This document shows positions 8,795-17,014 of a stretch of DNA of 59,526 bases, one piece after another. The stretch spans positions 1-59,526 of the forward strand of contig SVIU01000002.1 of assembly GCA_015069335.1 (NCBI GenBank). The letters are read 5' to 3'. Position 1 is the stretch's first letter. Every line of letters begins with the position of its first letter. The position numbers and the translations under genes are program-made. A model generated the notes under the pieces. The model was not told the DNA's origin and did not search any database. It worked only from the letters and a program-made list of their open reading frames with translations. This DNA is from Clostridiales bacterium. Its GTDB lineage: Bacteria; Bacillota; Clostridia; Christensenellales; UBA1242.

Positions 8795-9394
8795 ATGCCT
8801 AAATTAAAACTTATTCAAAATAAGAGAACTGACATGGATTTTATTGCACCTATTTACATTTATAATACCGAGCTGGGTAAATATGTAACTACAGCTGGAA
8901 TCCAAGGCCGCGAGAAGTATAAATGTCTTAATGCGCATGATTCTGCAACTACACTTTTAGAAATAAATAATGATACAAAATTGATAATAGAATACAAATT
9001 TATGCCAGAAGAAAAGTGCGCAACTTATGAGCCTTTATGCGACAAATGGGAATTTCCTTATAAAAGGATTAATGGATCTCTTAAAAATATTATACCCATT
9101 AAGGATATTGTAACATATGCTAGCGATATAACTATATATACAACAAGTGGGAAAAAAATTTTTAGTGTTTCAAGAGGCATGCCTTGGGATAATGCTGTTT
9201 TTGATTTTGGCATAAAATTTTACAATGATTATTTTGTATTAGTTTCATCAAGTTCTTCATATGATACTATTAAGGTAGAGAAAATTATTTATAGCTACAG
9301 CGGAAAAGTATTAAGTAAAAAACGTAAGACAATTAAGGCTACGGACTTAATCAAAGAAGAAATCAGACAAGAAGATTTTGAAGCAACAAAATAG
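8795..9394 (+). CDS. Hypothetical protein (199 aa)
   Basis: AAAGGAGA RBS and a terminator immediately downstream. No recognisable motif. Confidence 0.6.
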   Translation: MPKLKLIQNKRTDMDFIAPIYIYNTELGKYVTTAGIQGREKYKCLNAHDSATTLLEINNDTKLIIEYKFMPEEKCATYEPLCDKWEFPYKRINGSLKNIIPIKDIVTYASDITIYTTSGKKIFSVSRGMPWDNAVFDFGIKFYNDYFVLVSSSSSYDTIKVEKIIYSYSGKVLSKKRKTIKATDLIKEEIRQEDFEATK

Positions 9395-9401
9395 TTAATC
9401 A

Positions 9402-9436
9402 AAGACATTCAAATTAAATTTTGAGTGTCTTTTTTG
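9402..9436 (+). terminator. Intrinsic terminator
   Basis: 12-bp stem AAGACATTCAAA/TTTGAGTGTCTT (one G-U pair) followed by a T-run. Confidence 0.8.
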
Positions 9437-9565
9437 TTTAAGACACTTTTGAAAATTTTTTCGTGTCCACCAAATGTCCACGCTGAGTAAATGAAAACTA
9501 GTGATTGTAGGTGTTAAAAATGTTTTGCTTGTTTTAAAATGTACGCTAGTATCAAGGGAAAAATC

Positions 9566-9613
9566 ATAATAAATGAAACCTAGTGTTGCAAAATGTTTTT
9601 TGTGTGGTATAAT
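9566..9613 (+). promoter_or_regulatory. Promoter module with A/T-rich upstream box, driving the SGNH hydrolase gene
   Basis: ATAATAAATGAAACCTAGTG box, TTGCAA (9586-9591), 16-bp spacer, TGgTATAAT (9605-9613). Confidence 0.6.
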
Positions 9614-9665
9614 TGTTCTATAAGAGTTTTAAGAATGATAAAAGTATTTTTTATGGAGATGGGTT

Positions 9666-10376
9666 ATGAAAAAATACAAATTAGTATTAATTAGCAGCAT
9701 TATAGTAATATTAATTGCATGCAGTGCAATTGCCGTATATTTCTTTGGATTTTATTTTCCCGAAAAACAAAAAAATAAAGAAATCGAACAAATATTTAAT
9801 CAATATTATCAAACCAAACTTTCTATTTATCAAACGGAAAACGAAAACTACGATGATTATCAGGTTGATGTTGCTTTTTTAGGTGATAGCTTAACAGATG
9901 GCTATGATCTTTCAAAATATTATCCGCAATACACGACGGCGAATAGGGGAATTGGTGGGGATACCTCTTTTGGCTTAGAAAATAGGCTGCAAATTTCTTT
10001 ATATGATTTAAAGCCAAAGGTTGCAGTAATTCTTATCGGTGGAAACAATTTAAACACAATGTTTGAAAATTACGAAAGAATGTTACAAGATATTAAAAAT
10101 AAATCACAAAACACAAAAATTATACTCTGCTCTCTTACAGCAATGGGGAAGGATTGGGCAAATAAAAACCAGTTAGCCGCATATAATAACGTAATAATAA
10201 AGAAACTTGCAATTAAATATGATTATGCTTTTGTAGATCTTTTTACTCCGTTATTTGATGAAGTGGCCGGCCAAATATATTCTGTTTATACAACTGACGG
10301 GGCACACTTGACTAGTGATGGTTATCAAGTTCTCACAAATTCCATTTTGCCGCAAATTTCTGAATTGATTAAATAA
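9666..10376 (+). CDS. Membrane-anchored SGNH/GDSL-family hydrolase
   Basis: N-terminal TM segment. Block I FLGDSLTDG, block II GIGGDTS, block III IGGNN, block V TTDGAHLTSDG. Confidence 0.85.
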   Translation: MKKYKLVLISSIIVILIACSAIAVYFFGFYFPEKQKNKEIEQIFNQYYQTKLSIYQTENENYDDYQVDVAFLGDSLTDGYDLSKYYPQYTTANRGIGGDTSFGLENRLQISLYDLKPKVAVILIGGNNLNTMFENYERMLQDIKNKSQNTKIILCSLTAMGKDWANKNQLAAYNNVIIKKLAIKYDYAFVDLFTPLFDEVAGQIYSVYTTDGAHLTSDGYQVLTNSILPQISELIK

Positions 10377-10453
10377 ACATTAGTTTTTGTTTTTGCTATG
10401 GTTATTTAGATAAAACCGCACGATAATAATTTACGCCAGCATTAAGCAAAATG

Positions 10454-10501
10454 ATAATAAATGAAAACAGGTGACACAAACTGCAAAAAGTGTGATATAA
10501 T
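10454..10501 (+). promoter_or_regulatory. Paralogous promoter module ending 6 nt before the ATG of the pseudouridine synthase gene
   Basis: ATAATAAATGAAAACAGGTG box, gTGACA, TGaTATAAT (10493-10501). The box-to-TATAAT distance (42 nt) equals that in 9566-9613. Confidence 0.6.
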
Positions 10502-10507
10502 GCTTTT

Positions 10508-11350
10508 ATGAAAAAAATAGAAATTGTTGCAAAAAAAACTGATAGAGTATTAAAAATTTTAGAAAAACAATGTCCGGATGTGGTTTATTCGGCATTTGCT
10601 TCGGCGCTTCGCAAAAAAGATGTTTTGGTGGACGGTGCAAGAATAAAAGAAAATATGGTCGTTCCTCAAGGGGCAAGAGTATCTGTTTTTGTAACAGATG
10701 ACGCCATAAAAAAAGATATGTTTAAAATTGTTTATGAAGATAATAATGTTATGTTTATAGACAAAAACAAAGGCATTGAAACAAGTGATGGCGAATATAA
10801 CGTTGTTGACGAATTAATAAAACAAGACAAGCAAGCCTTTGCTGTGCATAGACTAGATCGCAACACTTTGGGTTTGGTGATTGTTGCAAAAACAGTTGAC
10901 GCTCAAAAAGAATTAATCAAAGCGTTTAAATGTGGAAATGTGGATAAGTTTTATTATGCCGAAGTTGTAGGTGTGCCAGAAAAACAAAGCGCTGTTTTAA
11001 AAGGCTATTTAGAAAAAAATGCTGACGAAAGTATGGTTAAAATTTATAACAACAAAACAGGAAATGCGGTGCCAATTACCACAGAATATTTTGTTATTAA
11101 ATCTAGTGGCAACACAAGCCTTTTAAGTGTAAAAATAAAAGAGGGTAAAACTCATCAAATACGTGCTCACCTTGCCTACAACAAGCTATACATCATTGGC
11201 GATGGCAAATATGGCAAAAATGAAATAAATAGCAAATATAAGGCAAAAACGCAGCACCTAAAGGCCTACAAAATGCTTTTTAACTTGCCAAACAACTCAC
11301 CGCTTGCATACCTTAACGACTTAAAAATTGAACTTGACAATAAGTTTTAA
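10508..11350 (+). CDS. RluA-family 23S rRNA pseudouridine synthase with an N-terminal S4-like domain
   Basis: HRLDRNTLGLVIVAKT catalytic-Asp motif and GKTHQIRAHLA motif. There is no SD sequence; see the leaderless finding. Confidence 0.9.
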   Translation: MKKIEIVAKKTDRVLKILEKQCPDVVYSAFASALRKKDVLVDGARIKENMVVPQGARVSVFVTDDAIKKDMFKIVYEDNNVMFIDKNKGIETSDGEYNVVDELIKQDKQAFAVHRLDRNTLGLVIVAKTVDAQKELIKAFKCGNVDKFYYAEVVGVPEKQSAVLKGYLEKNADESMVKIYNNKTGNAVPITTEYFVIKSSGNTSLLSVKIKEGKTHQIRAHLAYNKLYIIGDGKYGKNEINSKYKAKTQHLKAYKMLFNLPNNSPLAYLNDLKIELDNKF

Positions 11351-11353
11351 TCA

Positions 11354-11390
11354 AAAAAAATATTGAAATGAAAATTTTCAATATTTTTTT
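11354..11390 (+). terminator. Intrinsic terminator
   Basis: 13-bp AT-rich stem AAAAATATTGAAA/TTTCAATATTTTT followed by a T-run. Confidence 0.6.
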
Positions 11391-11548
11391 GATTTTTTTT
11401 TGCGGTTAATGTATTATATAAATGTAGGAAAATAATATTTTTTGGTTAATTTTAAAAAATGCCCAAAAATAAAGGGAAAAAATATATTTTTTAATTAATT
11501 ATTTTTTAATTTTTAATAATTAACACAAAATATTTTAGGAGAAAAATT

Positions 11549-14275
11549 ATGCATATAATTCCAAGAAATACCAAAGTAAAATCAGAAATCATAAAGGGTA
11601 TAACGCTTTCTGATATTATATTTATTGTAATTTTTGTTGCGGGAGCAATTGCATTGTTTACTGCAAACTTTGCTTTTCATGCTTATTTTGGTTTTGCGTG
11701 GCTTGGTTTTGGACTGGTGTTTTTCTTTACCAAAACAGGTGATGAAACAAGGCTTTATCAAACACTAGGCTATTTGTTTAGGTTTTTTGCACAAGGCAAA
11801 TATTACACCAGCGAGGCAAAAAGGCGTGCTGCACCAATCAAAAGAATTATTCCTTTTGAGGGTTTATATCAAGACAGATTTATAGATTTTGGCGAATATT
11901 ATGCCCAGGTTATTGAAGTTAATCCAATTGTTTTTGGGCTGTTGAATGCCGACAGACAAGATTTGGTTATCAACTCGGTTACAAAAGCTCTTACAAGAAT
12001 TTCTAACGATCAAACTGCAAGCATAATCAAAATTAACAAAGCCATGATTTTGGACAACTATATTTATGGCGAAGATAAAAAATATAATAAACTTATGGAC
12101 TTACAATCTGAGGGTGAAATGTCACAATCCGAGGTGGAAGTTCGTGCTGGCGTATTTGAAGAGCGTGTTGCTTTTATGGAAAGACTAAACCGCCAAGAAA
12201 AAGTTTATAAAGACTATTTTTATATTGTTATCTATGACAAAGACAAAGAAACTCTTGAAACAACTACAAACGGTATTATCAACACTCTTCAAAATGCAGT
12301 TACTTCAATAAACTGTACTTTGGTTAGAGGTACTGACCTTTTGGTTTTCTTGCGTGCAAACTTTGGCAAAGAATTTGACGAAAGAGAACTAGAAACAATC
12401 TCAATGAAACAATATTTTGATTGGGTTGTTCCAAAAGAAATAAAATTTCAAGCATCAAGAACAATGATAGATGGCAAGCCATACAGACATTTTGCTGTCA
12501 CCGACTATCCAATTCATGTTGGCAATGCGTGGGGCTCAACCTTTTATTCATTAGACCGTACAAGAGTTATCACCAAATTTAAACCAATTCCTAGATTACA
12601 ATCAGAAAAAACCATAGACAAGGCAATTATGGAAATGGAAAGCAAGGTTATGCGTGGTGGCTCAACCAGTAGACAAATCGAAAATCAAACCCACTTGCAA
12701 ACACTTCAACAATTGCTTCTTCAATTAAAAAACAACAACCAACAACTTTTTGAAACGAGTGTGTACATCACTTGTGAAGAGCCTGCAAGAAAAGACGTTA
12801 GAGCCATTTTAAAACAAGAAGGCTTTAAATATTCCGAAATGTTTGGCCGTCAAGTTGATGCGTTTATCAGCAGTAACATTTCAATGCGCAATGTGTGCAA
12901 AGAGGCAAAAAGAGGCATTCCAACAACTTCGATTGCGGCAATGTTCCCATTTATTTCGTCAGCACTTCAAGACAAAAACGGTTTTTATATTGGCGACAAC
13001 GAGTTTCCTGTGTTCTTGGACTTTTTCAAAAGAGATAGAGAAAGGGTTAACAGCAATATGATGGTTATTGGTAAATCAGGTTCTGGTAAATCTTACGCCA
13101 CAAAAACTTTGCTTGCAAACTTTGCAGCAGACAATTCAAAAATCTTTATTCTTGACCCGGAAAACGAGTATACCGACCTTGCACTAAACCTAAACGGAAA
13201 AGTTGTTGATGTTGGATCATCGGCAATGGGTATTATCAATCCGTTCCACGTGTTTACTTCACTAAATGACGAATCGTTATTATCGCAAATTAACAAACAT
13301 TCAAAATCTGCAGAGCAGATTGAAGAAGAAAGATATGCGGCACAAATGGAAGGCAGAGAATATGTCGAAGAAGAAGAAATTGAAGTAGACACTTCTGACA
13401 CCTTTGCGCAGCACTTGCAATTTTTAGAGCAGTTCTTCCGTGTTATTTTGGGCGGTATATCAAGCGACGCGTTTGAAACACTAAACTCTTGCGTTGTTGA
13501 TGTTTACAAGAAAAAAGGCATTGGAGATCACTCCGACTTTGTTAATATGAAACCTGAAGAATTCCCAACCTTTGACGACCTATATGCTCTTGTTTCAGAA
13601 AGAATTCAAACAGAAACAAACGAATATCAAAGAACAAACTTAATGAACGTAGAAAACTACATCAAAAAGTTTGCAAAAGGCGGAAGAAACAGCAAACTTT
13701 GGAACGGTCCAACAACGCTAGAAACAAAAGAAAACTTTATTTCGTTTAACTTCCAAAGCTTAATTGCCAACAACAACCAAATTATCGCCAACGCGCAAAT
13801 GTTAATCATTTTTAAATATTTGATGAACGAGGTTATCAAAAACAAAGACTTCAACAAAAAATATAACGCAAAACGTAACATTATTGTTGCCGTCGACGAA
13901 GCCCACGTGTTTATTAATCCGGACTATCCAGTTGCGCTTGACTTTATGGCACAAATGGCAAAACGTATTCGTAAATATCAAGGTATGGAAATTGTTATTA
14001 CGCAAAATATCAAAGACTTTGTCGGATCGCCAGAAATCGAGCGTCAGTCAACTGCGGTTATCAACGCGTGTCAATATTCGTTTATTTTCTCTCTAGCTCC
14101 GTCAGACCTTAACGACCTAGTTGAGCTTTATAGAAAATCGGGCGAAATCAACCAAGAGGAGCAAAACAGCATTGTTACCGCCCCTGTTGGTCAAGCGTTT
14201 GTAATAACCAGCCCAATGAGCAGAACAACTGTTCAAATTGTTGCTCATCCATATATTGTAAAAATCTTTAGTTAA
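11549..14275 (+). CDS. VirB4/TrsE-like type IV secretion ATPase fused to an N-terminal PrgI/VirB3-like membrane segment
   Basis: 908 aa. The N-terminus has two hydrophobic helices (IIFIVIFVAGAIALF, FGFAWLGFGLVFFF). Walker A is VIGKSGSGKSYATK. Walker B is IIVAVDEAHVFI, followed by RKYQGMEIVITQNIKDF. TAGGAGAA RBS. Confidence 0.85.
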   Translation: MHIIPRNTKVKSEIIKGITLSDIIFIVIFVAGAIALFTANFAFHAYFGFAWLGFGLVFFFTKTGDETRLYQTLGYLFRFFAQGKYYTSEAKRRAAPIKRIIPFEGLYQDRFIDFGEYYAQVIEVNPIVFGLLNADRQDLVINSVTKALTRISNDQTASIIKINKAMILDNYIYGEDKKYNKLMDLQSEGEMSQSEVEVRAGVFEERVAFMERLNRQEKVYKDYFYIVIYDKDKETLETTTNGIINTLQNAVTSINCTLVRGTDLLVFLRANFGKEFDERELETISMKQYFDWVVPKEIKFQASRTMIDGKPYRHFAVTDYPIHVGNAWGSTFYSLDRTRVITKFKPIPRLQSEKTIDKAIMEMESKVMRGGSTSRQIENQTHLQTLQQLLLQLKNNNQQLFETSVYITCEEPARKDVRAILKQEGFKYSEMFGRQVDAFISSNISMRNVCKEAKRGIPTTSIAAMFPFISSALQDKNGFYIGDNEFPVFLDFFKRDRERVNSNMMVIGKSGSGKSYATKTLLANFAADNSKIFILDPENEYTDLALNLNGKVVDVGSSAMGIINPFHVFTSLNDESLLSQINKHSKSAEQIEEERYAAQMEGREYVEEEEIEVDTSDTFAQHLQFLEQFFRVILGGISSDAFETLNSCVVDVYKKKGIGDHSDFVNMKPEEFPTFDDLYALVSERIQTETNEYQRTNLMNVENYIKKFAKGGRNSKLWNGPTTLETKENFISFNFQSLIANNNQIIANAQMLIIFKYLMNEVIKNKDFNKKYNAKRNIIVAVDEAHVFINPDYPVALDFMAQMAKRIRKYQGMEIVITQNIKDFVGSPEIERQSTAVINACQYSFIFSLAPSDLNDLVELYRKSGEINQEEQNSIVTAPVGQAFVITSPMSRTTVQIVAHPYIVKIFS

Positions 14276-14280
14276 AAACA

Positions 14281-14312
14281 AAAATGTACAACTTTATGCT
14301 GTACATTTTTTT
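14281..14312 (+). terminator. Intrinsic terminator after the VirB4-like gene
   Basis: 10-bp stem AAAATGTACA/TGTACATTTT followed by a T-run. Confidence 0.75.
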
Positions 14313-14321
14313 AATTTGCTA

Positions 14322-14350
14322 TTGAAATTTTAAAAGGCATATGCTATAAT
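14322..14350 (+). promoter_or_regulatory. Near-consensus promoter for the 642-aa ORF
   Basis: TTGAAA (14322-14327), 17-bp spacer, TGcTATAAT (14342-14350). Confidence 0.7.
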
Positions 14351-14373
14351 ATTAAAAAAATGGAGGCAAATTT

Positions 14374-16302
14374 ATGGTTAAAAACGCTCAAATGACACCA
14401 CAAATGCAAGAACAATTGGATTTTTTGGTTAAAAACAAAACAAACGGTTTTGATTTATTAATAAAAAATTATACCGCTGGCGGTGAGACAGAAATAGACT
14501 CCGCTAGGGTTGTAGCACGCTTGCAAGCGCAATATTTTGCATTATCGCCTGAAGAAAGGTTTTTAAAAACAAAAAAAGACTGGGATAATAATGAATATTT
14601 TGAGCCAAACGAAGTCAATTTGGATATTCCTCCAGTTATGGGAGACAAATACTCTGCATTTGCCCTTAAAGATGTTTTTACTATTTATCAAGTAGAGTTG
14701 CCTCTTTTTGATTTTGGAACTATGTCGGCAACGCCTTTTTCTTCAAGAAAAATGCCTGATAGTAGTTATACATATTATATTAACTTGCTTCAAGAAAAGT
14801 TGGGTTTTAAGGTTGCAGAAATTAACGGCGACAATTTGACTCAACTAAAAAAAGGTGGCTATATGTCGCGTGCTTTGGCAAAAGTTAAAAATGCGGCACT
14901 AAGAATTGCCAGAAAACAAAAAAGTTTGGTTGTTTCTTGCAAGGGAAAGGTTTTGGTAAAAACCAAATCTGACAAATATACACTTAGCAATATTGAAAAA
15001 TTAATTTCTGTTTATGATATTGCACTCCGTCAATTTATTGATGTCGCTAGCAAAACACTAGCCAAAGAAGGCAAAAAACTTTTAACTCCACAATTGAAAT
15101 ATGCTGCCCAACTTATGGCTGATATATATATGGTTAGGGCAACAAATATGGGTGGGGCTCAAAATTGTCAATTGGCAGAAAAGTGTCTTTGGTTGCAATT
15201 TGCACAATTGTGCAACACATGTGGCTTTACATCACAAGAATTAAGCGTTATTGTTCAGTTGGCAACAAAATCGGCAGTAGACTTGTGCAAAAAGTTAGAA
15301 CTTACTCCTCAAAAAGTTGTGGCATGTATGACACTAAATGGTTTTACCCATTCAGTTGTACCAAAAACACTAGAAGAAACTTTTATACGAGTAAAAGAAA
15401 AAGATTATACAAAATATGCGGGTGCCAAAGAGCAAAAAAGCCACACTTTTGGTTTTGCAGATCAATCTGGGGCGTTGGACGGTGAACAGGCAAAGGGTCA
15501 AGCAACACAAAACGGCAAACAGGTTCAAAGTGTAGATGACACGGCAGATAAGGCGAGCTCAGACAGTCAAGGCACAAAAAAAATAGAACCAAATGCAGAA
15601 GATCACATTGTTATTCCTCGCTCAAAAGCAGAATATCAAGTATTAAGTGCCAAAAAGGTAGAAGCAATGATTGATGAAATCATTATGAAATATCTTTCAG
15701 AACAACTTACTAAAATCGCCAACCAACTAGAACATGGTTGCTCAAAAAATAAAAAGGCAGTTTACGAAGCACAATCTAGATTATACGGTTTGATTTTGGG
15801 TTATTATATTTATACAATAAAAAACAAAAAATTGCCTGGCTTTGAACAAGGCTGTTCAAAATCAGAGATATCAATGGCAAAAGCTGTTTGCAAGGCTTTA
15901 ATCACAAGAAGAGACGATTGTGTTGCAAAAATATGCTCAAAACATATAGACCGCGAAAATAAGCAAAAAACAACAACAGTTGCAAACGCAATTTGCAGAG
16001 ACATTACTGGCAAAACTGTTAGAGAATATTTTATATACCTAATAAAACAATGCGCTAGTGTTTGCCTAAATCAACAATTTGAAACACAAAAAACAGAAGC
16101 CGAACAAGCGGCTGAAACGCAAAGGCTACTTAGCGAAAAGGTTGGCACTTTTGAACAAAAAGAAATCGTGGGCGAAGCCACAAGTCAAGAACAACCGCAA
16201 GCAAAACAAGATTACTATGTTCCAGATTGGGTAATGCTAGACGATCAAGGTGAAATTTTAGAATATGACTTTGGAGCCATCGACGATTCAAGAGAAAAAT
16301 AA
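14374..16302 (+). CDS. Hypothetical soluble protein (642 aa), Cys-rich core with a Gln/Lys/Asp-rich low-complexity linker
   Basis: TGGAGG RBS, its own promoter and its own terminator. No TM segment or catalytic motif recognised. Confidence 0.7.
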   Translation: MVKNAQMTPQMQEQLDFLVKNKTNGFDLLIKNYTAGGETEIDSARVVARLQAQYFALSPEERFLKTKKDWDNNEYFEPNEVNLDIPPVMGDKYSAFALKDVFTIYQVELPLFDFGTMSATPFSSRKMPDSSYTYYINLLQEKLGFKVAEINGDNLTQLKKGGYMSRALAKVKNAALRIARKQKSLVVSCKGKVLVKTKSDKYTLSNIEKLISVYDIALRQFIDVASKTLAKEGKKLLTPQLKYAAQLMADIYMVRATNMGGAQNCQLAEKCLWLQFAQLCNTCGFTSQELSVIVQLATKSAVDLCKKLELTPQKVVACMTLNGFTHSVVPKTLEETFIRVKEKDYTKYAGAKEQKSHTFGFADQSGALDGEQAKGQATQNGKQVQSVDDTADKASSDSQGTKKIEPNAEDHIVIPRSKAEYQVLSAKKVEAMIDEIIMKYLSEQLTKIANQLEHGCSKNKKAVYEAQSRLYGLILGYYIYTIKNKKLPGFEQGCSKSEISMAKAVCKALITRRDDCVAKICSKHIDRENKQKTTTVANAICRDITGKTVREYFIYLIKQCASVCLNQQFETQKTEAEQAAETQRLLSEKVGTFEQKEIVGEATSQEQPQAKQDYYVPDWVMLDDQGEILEYDFGAIDDSREK

Positions 16303-16313
16303 AAATAATATAT

Positions 16314-16345
16314 AAAAATGCCCCCGCCCACAAGGGCATTTTTTA
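16314..16345 (+). terminator. Intrinsic terminator
   Basis: Stem AAAAATGCCC/GGGCATTTTT followed by a T-run. Confidence 0.75.
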
Positions 16346-16377
16346 ACGCTTGCGACTGATATTTCATATATAAAATT

Positions 16378-16839
16378 ATGCAAAAAATTTTTATAAAACA
16401 AAATGGTTACTACGAGGGGCTAATAAAAGAGTTGTATGCCGGCAACGAAGGTGAGGTGTTGACCTTTATGCAAGAGTTATATCAAGCTAATCTTGTTTAT
16501 CATTTTGATAAAGAGCAATATGAATTTTTGCAAAAATTATATAAAGACGATTTAACACACGCGTCAAGGCTAGCCGAAATTATTGTGCTTATGGGTGGCG
16601 ATCCTAAATATTTAAACAATCAAAAAATTTGGCTTAGCGGGAAAAGTGTTGATTATGTAAAAAGTTATAAACAAATCCTGTACACCAATTTAGAACTTAA
16701 AGAAAAAACAATAATTGACTATAAGACCACCATAAACAAAATAAACGACAATAATATAAATTTAATTTTATCACTTAACCTAGAAGATGAAATTCTGCAC
16801 AAAAATATGATTCTTAGGCAGATAGAAAAACTTAGATGA
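16378..16839 (+). CDS. Putative ferritin-like four-helix-bundle protein (function uncertain)
   Basis: 153-aa ORF with predicted helical repeats carrying E/H residues (EGEVLTFMQELYQ, DLTHASRLAEII, LELKEKTIIDY, EDEILH). No clear SD sequence. Confidence 0.45.
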   Translation: MQKIFIKQNGYYEGLIKELYAGNEGEVLTFMQELYQANLVYHFDKEQYEFLQKLYKDDLTHASRLAEIIVLMGGDPKYLNNQKIWLSGKSVDYVKSYKQILYTNLELKEKTIIDYKTTINKINDNNINLILSLNLEDEILHKNMILRQIEKLR

Positions 16840-16979
16840 AAACATTGTTGAAAAAGAGTAAAAAATGTATAATTTTTCTTTCATAGAAAAATTTGCACAT
16901 GTTAATTCGACACATAAAACACTCGAAGACTAGTGTCGATTTGTTAAATAAGGTATTTAAAAAGTTGAGCAATATAAAC

Positions 16980-17008
16980 TTGACTTTTTTTATGTTTTTC
17001 AATAATAT
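16980..17008 (+). promoter_or_regulatory. Promoter ending 6 nt before the ATG of the GlmU-like gene
   Basis: TTGACT (16980-16985), 17-bp spacer, TAATAT (17003-17008), then ATAAAT and the ATG at 17015. Confidence 0.6.
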
Positions 17009-17014
17009 ATAAAT

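Noticed and set aside
11354-16345. Interpreting the VirB4-like gene region as an integrative conjugative element
   Set aside because: No integrase, relaxase, coupling protein, other T4SS components, flanking direct repeats or tRNA target were seen. Composition matches the neighbouring housekeeping genes.
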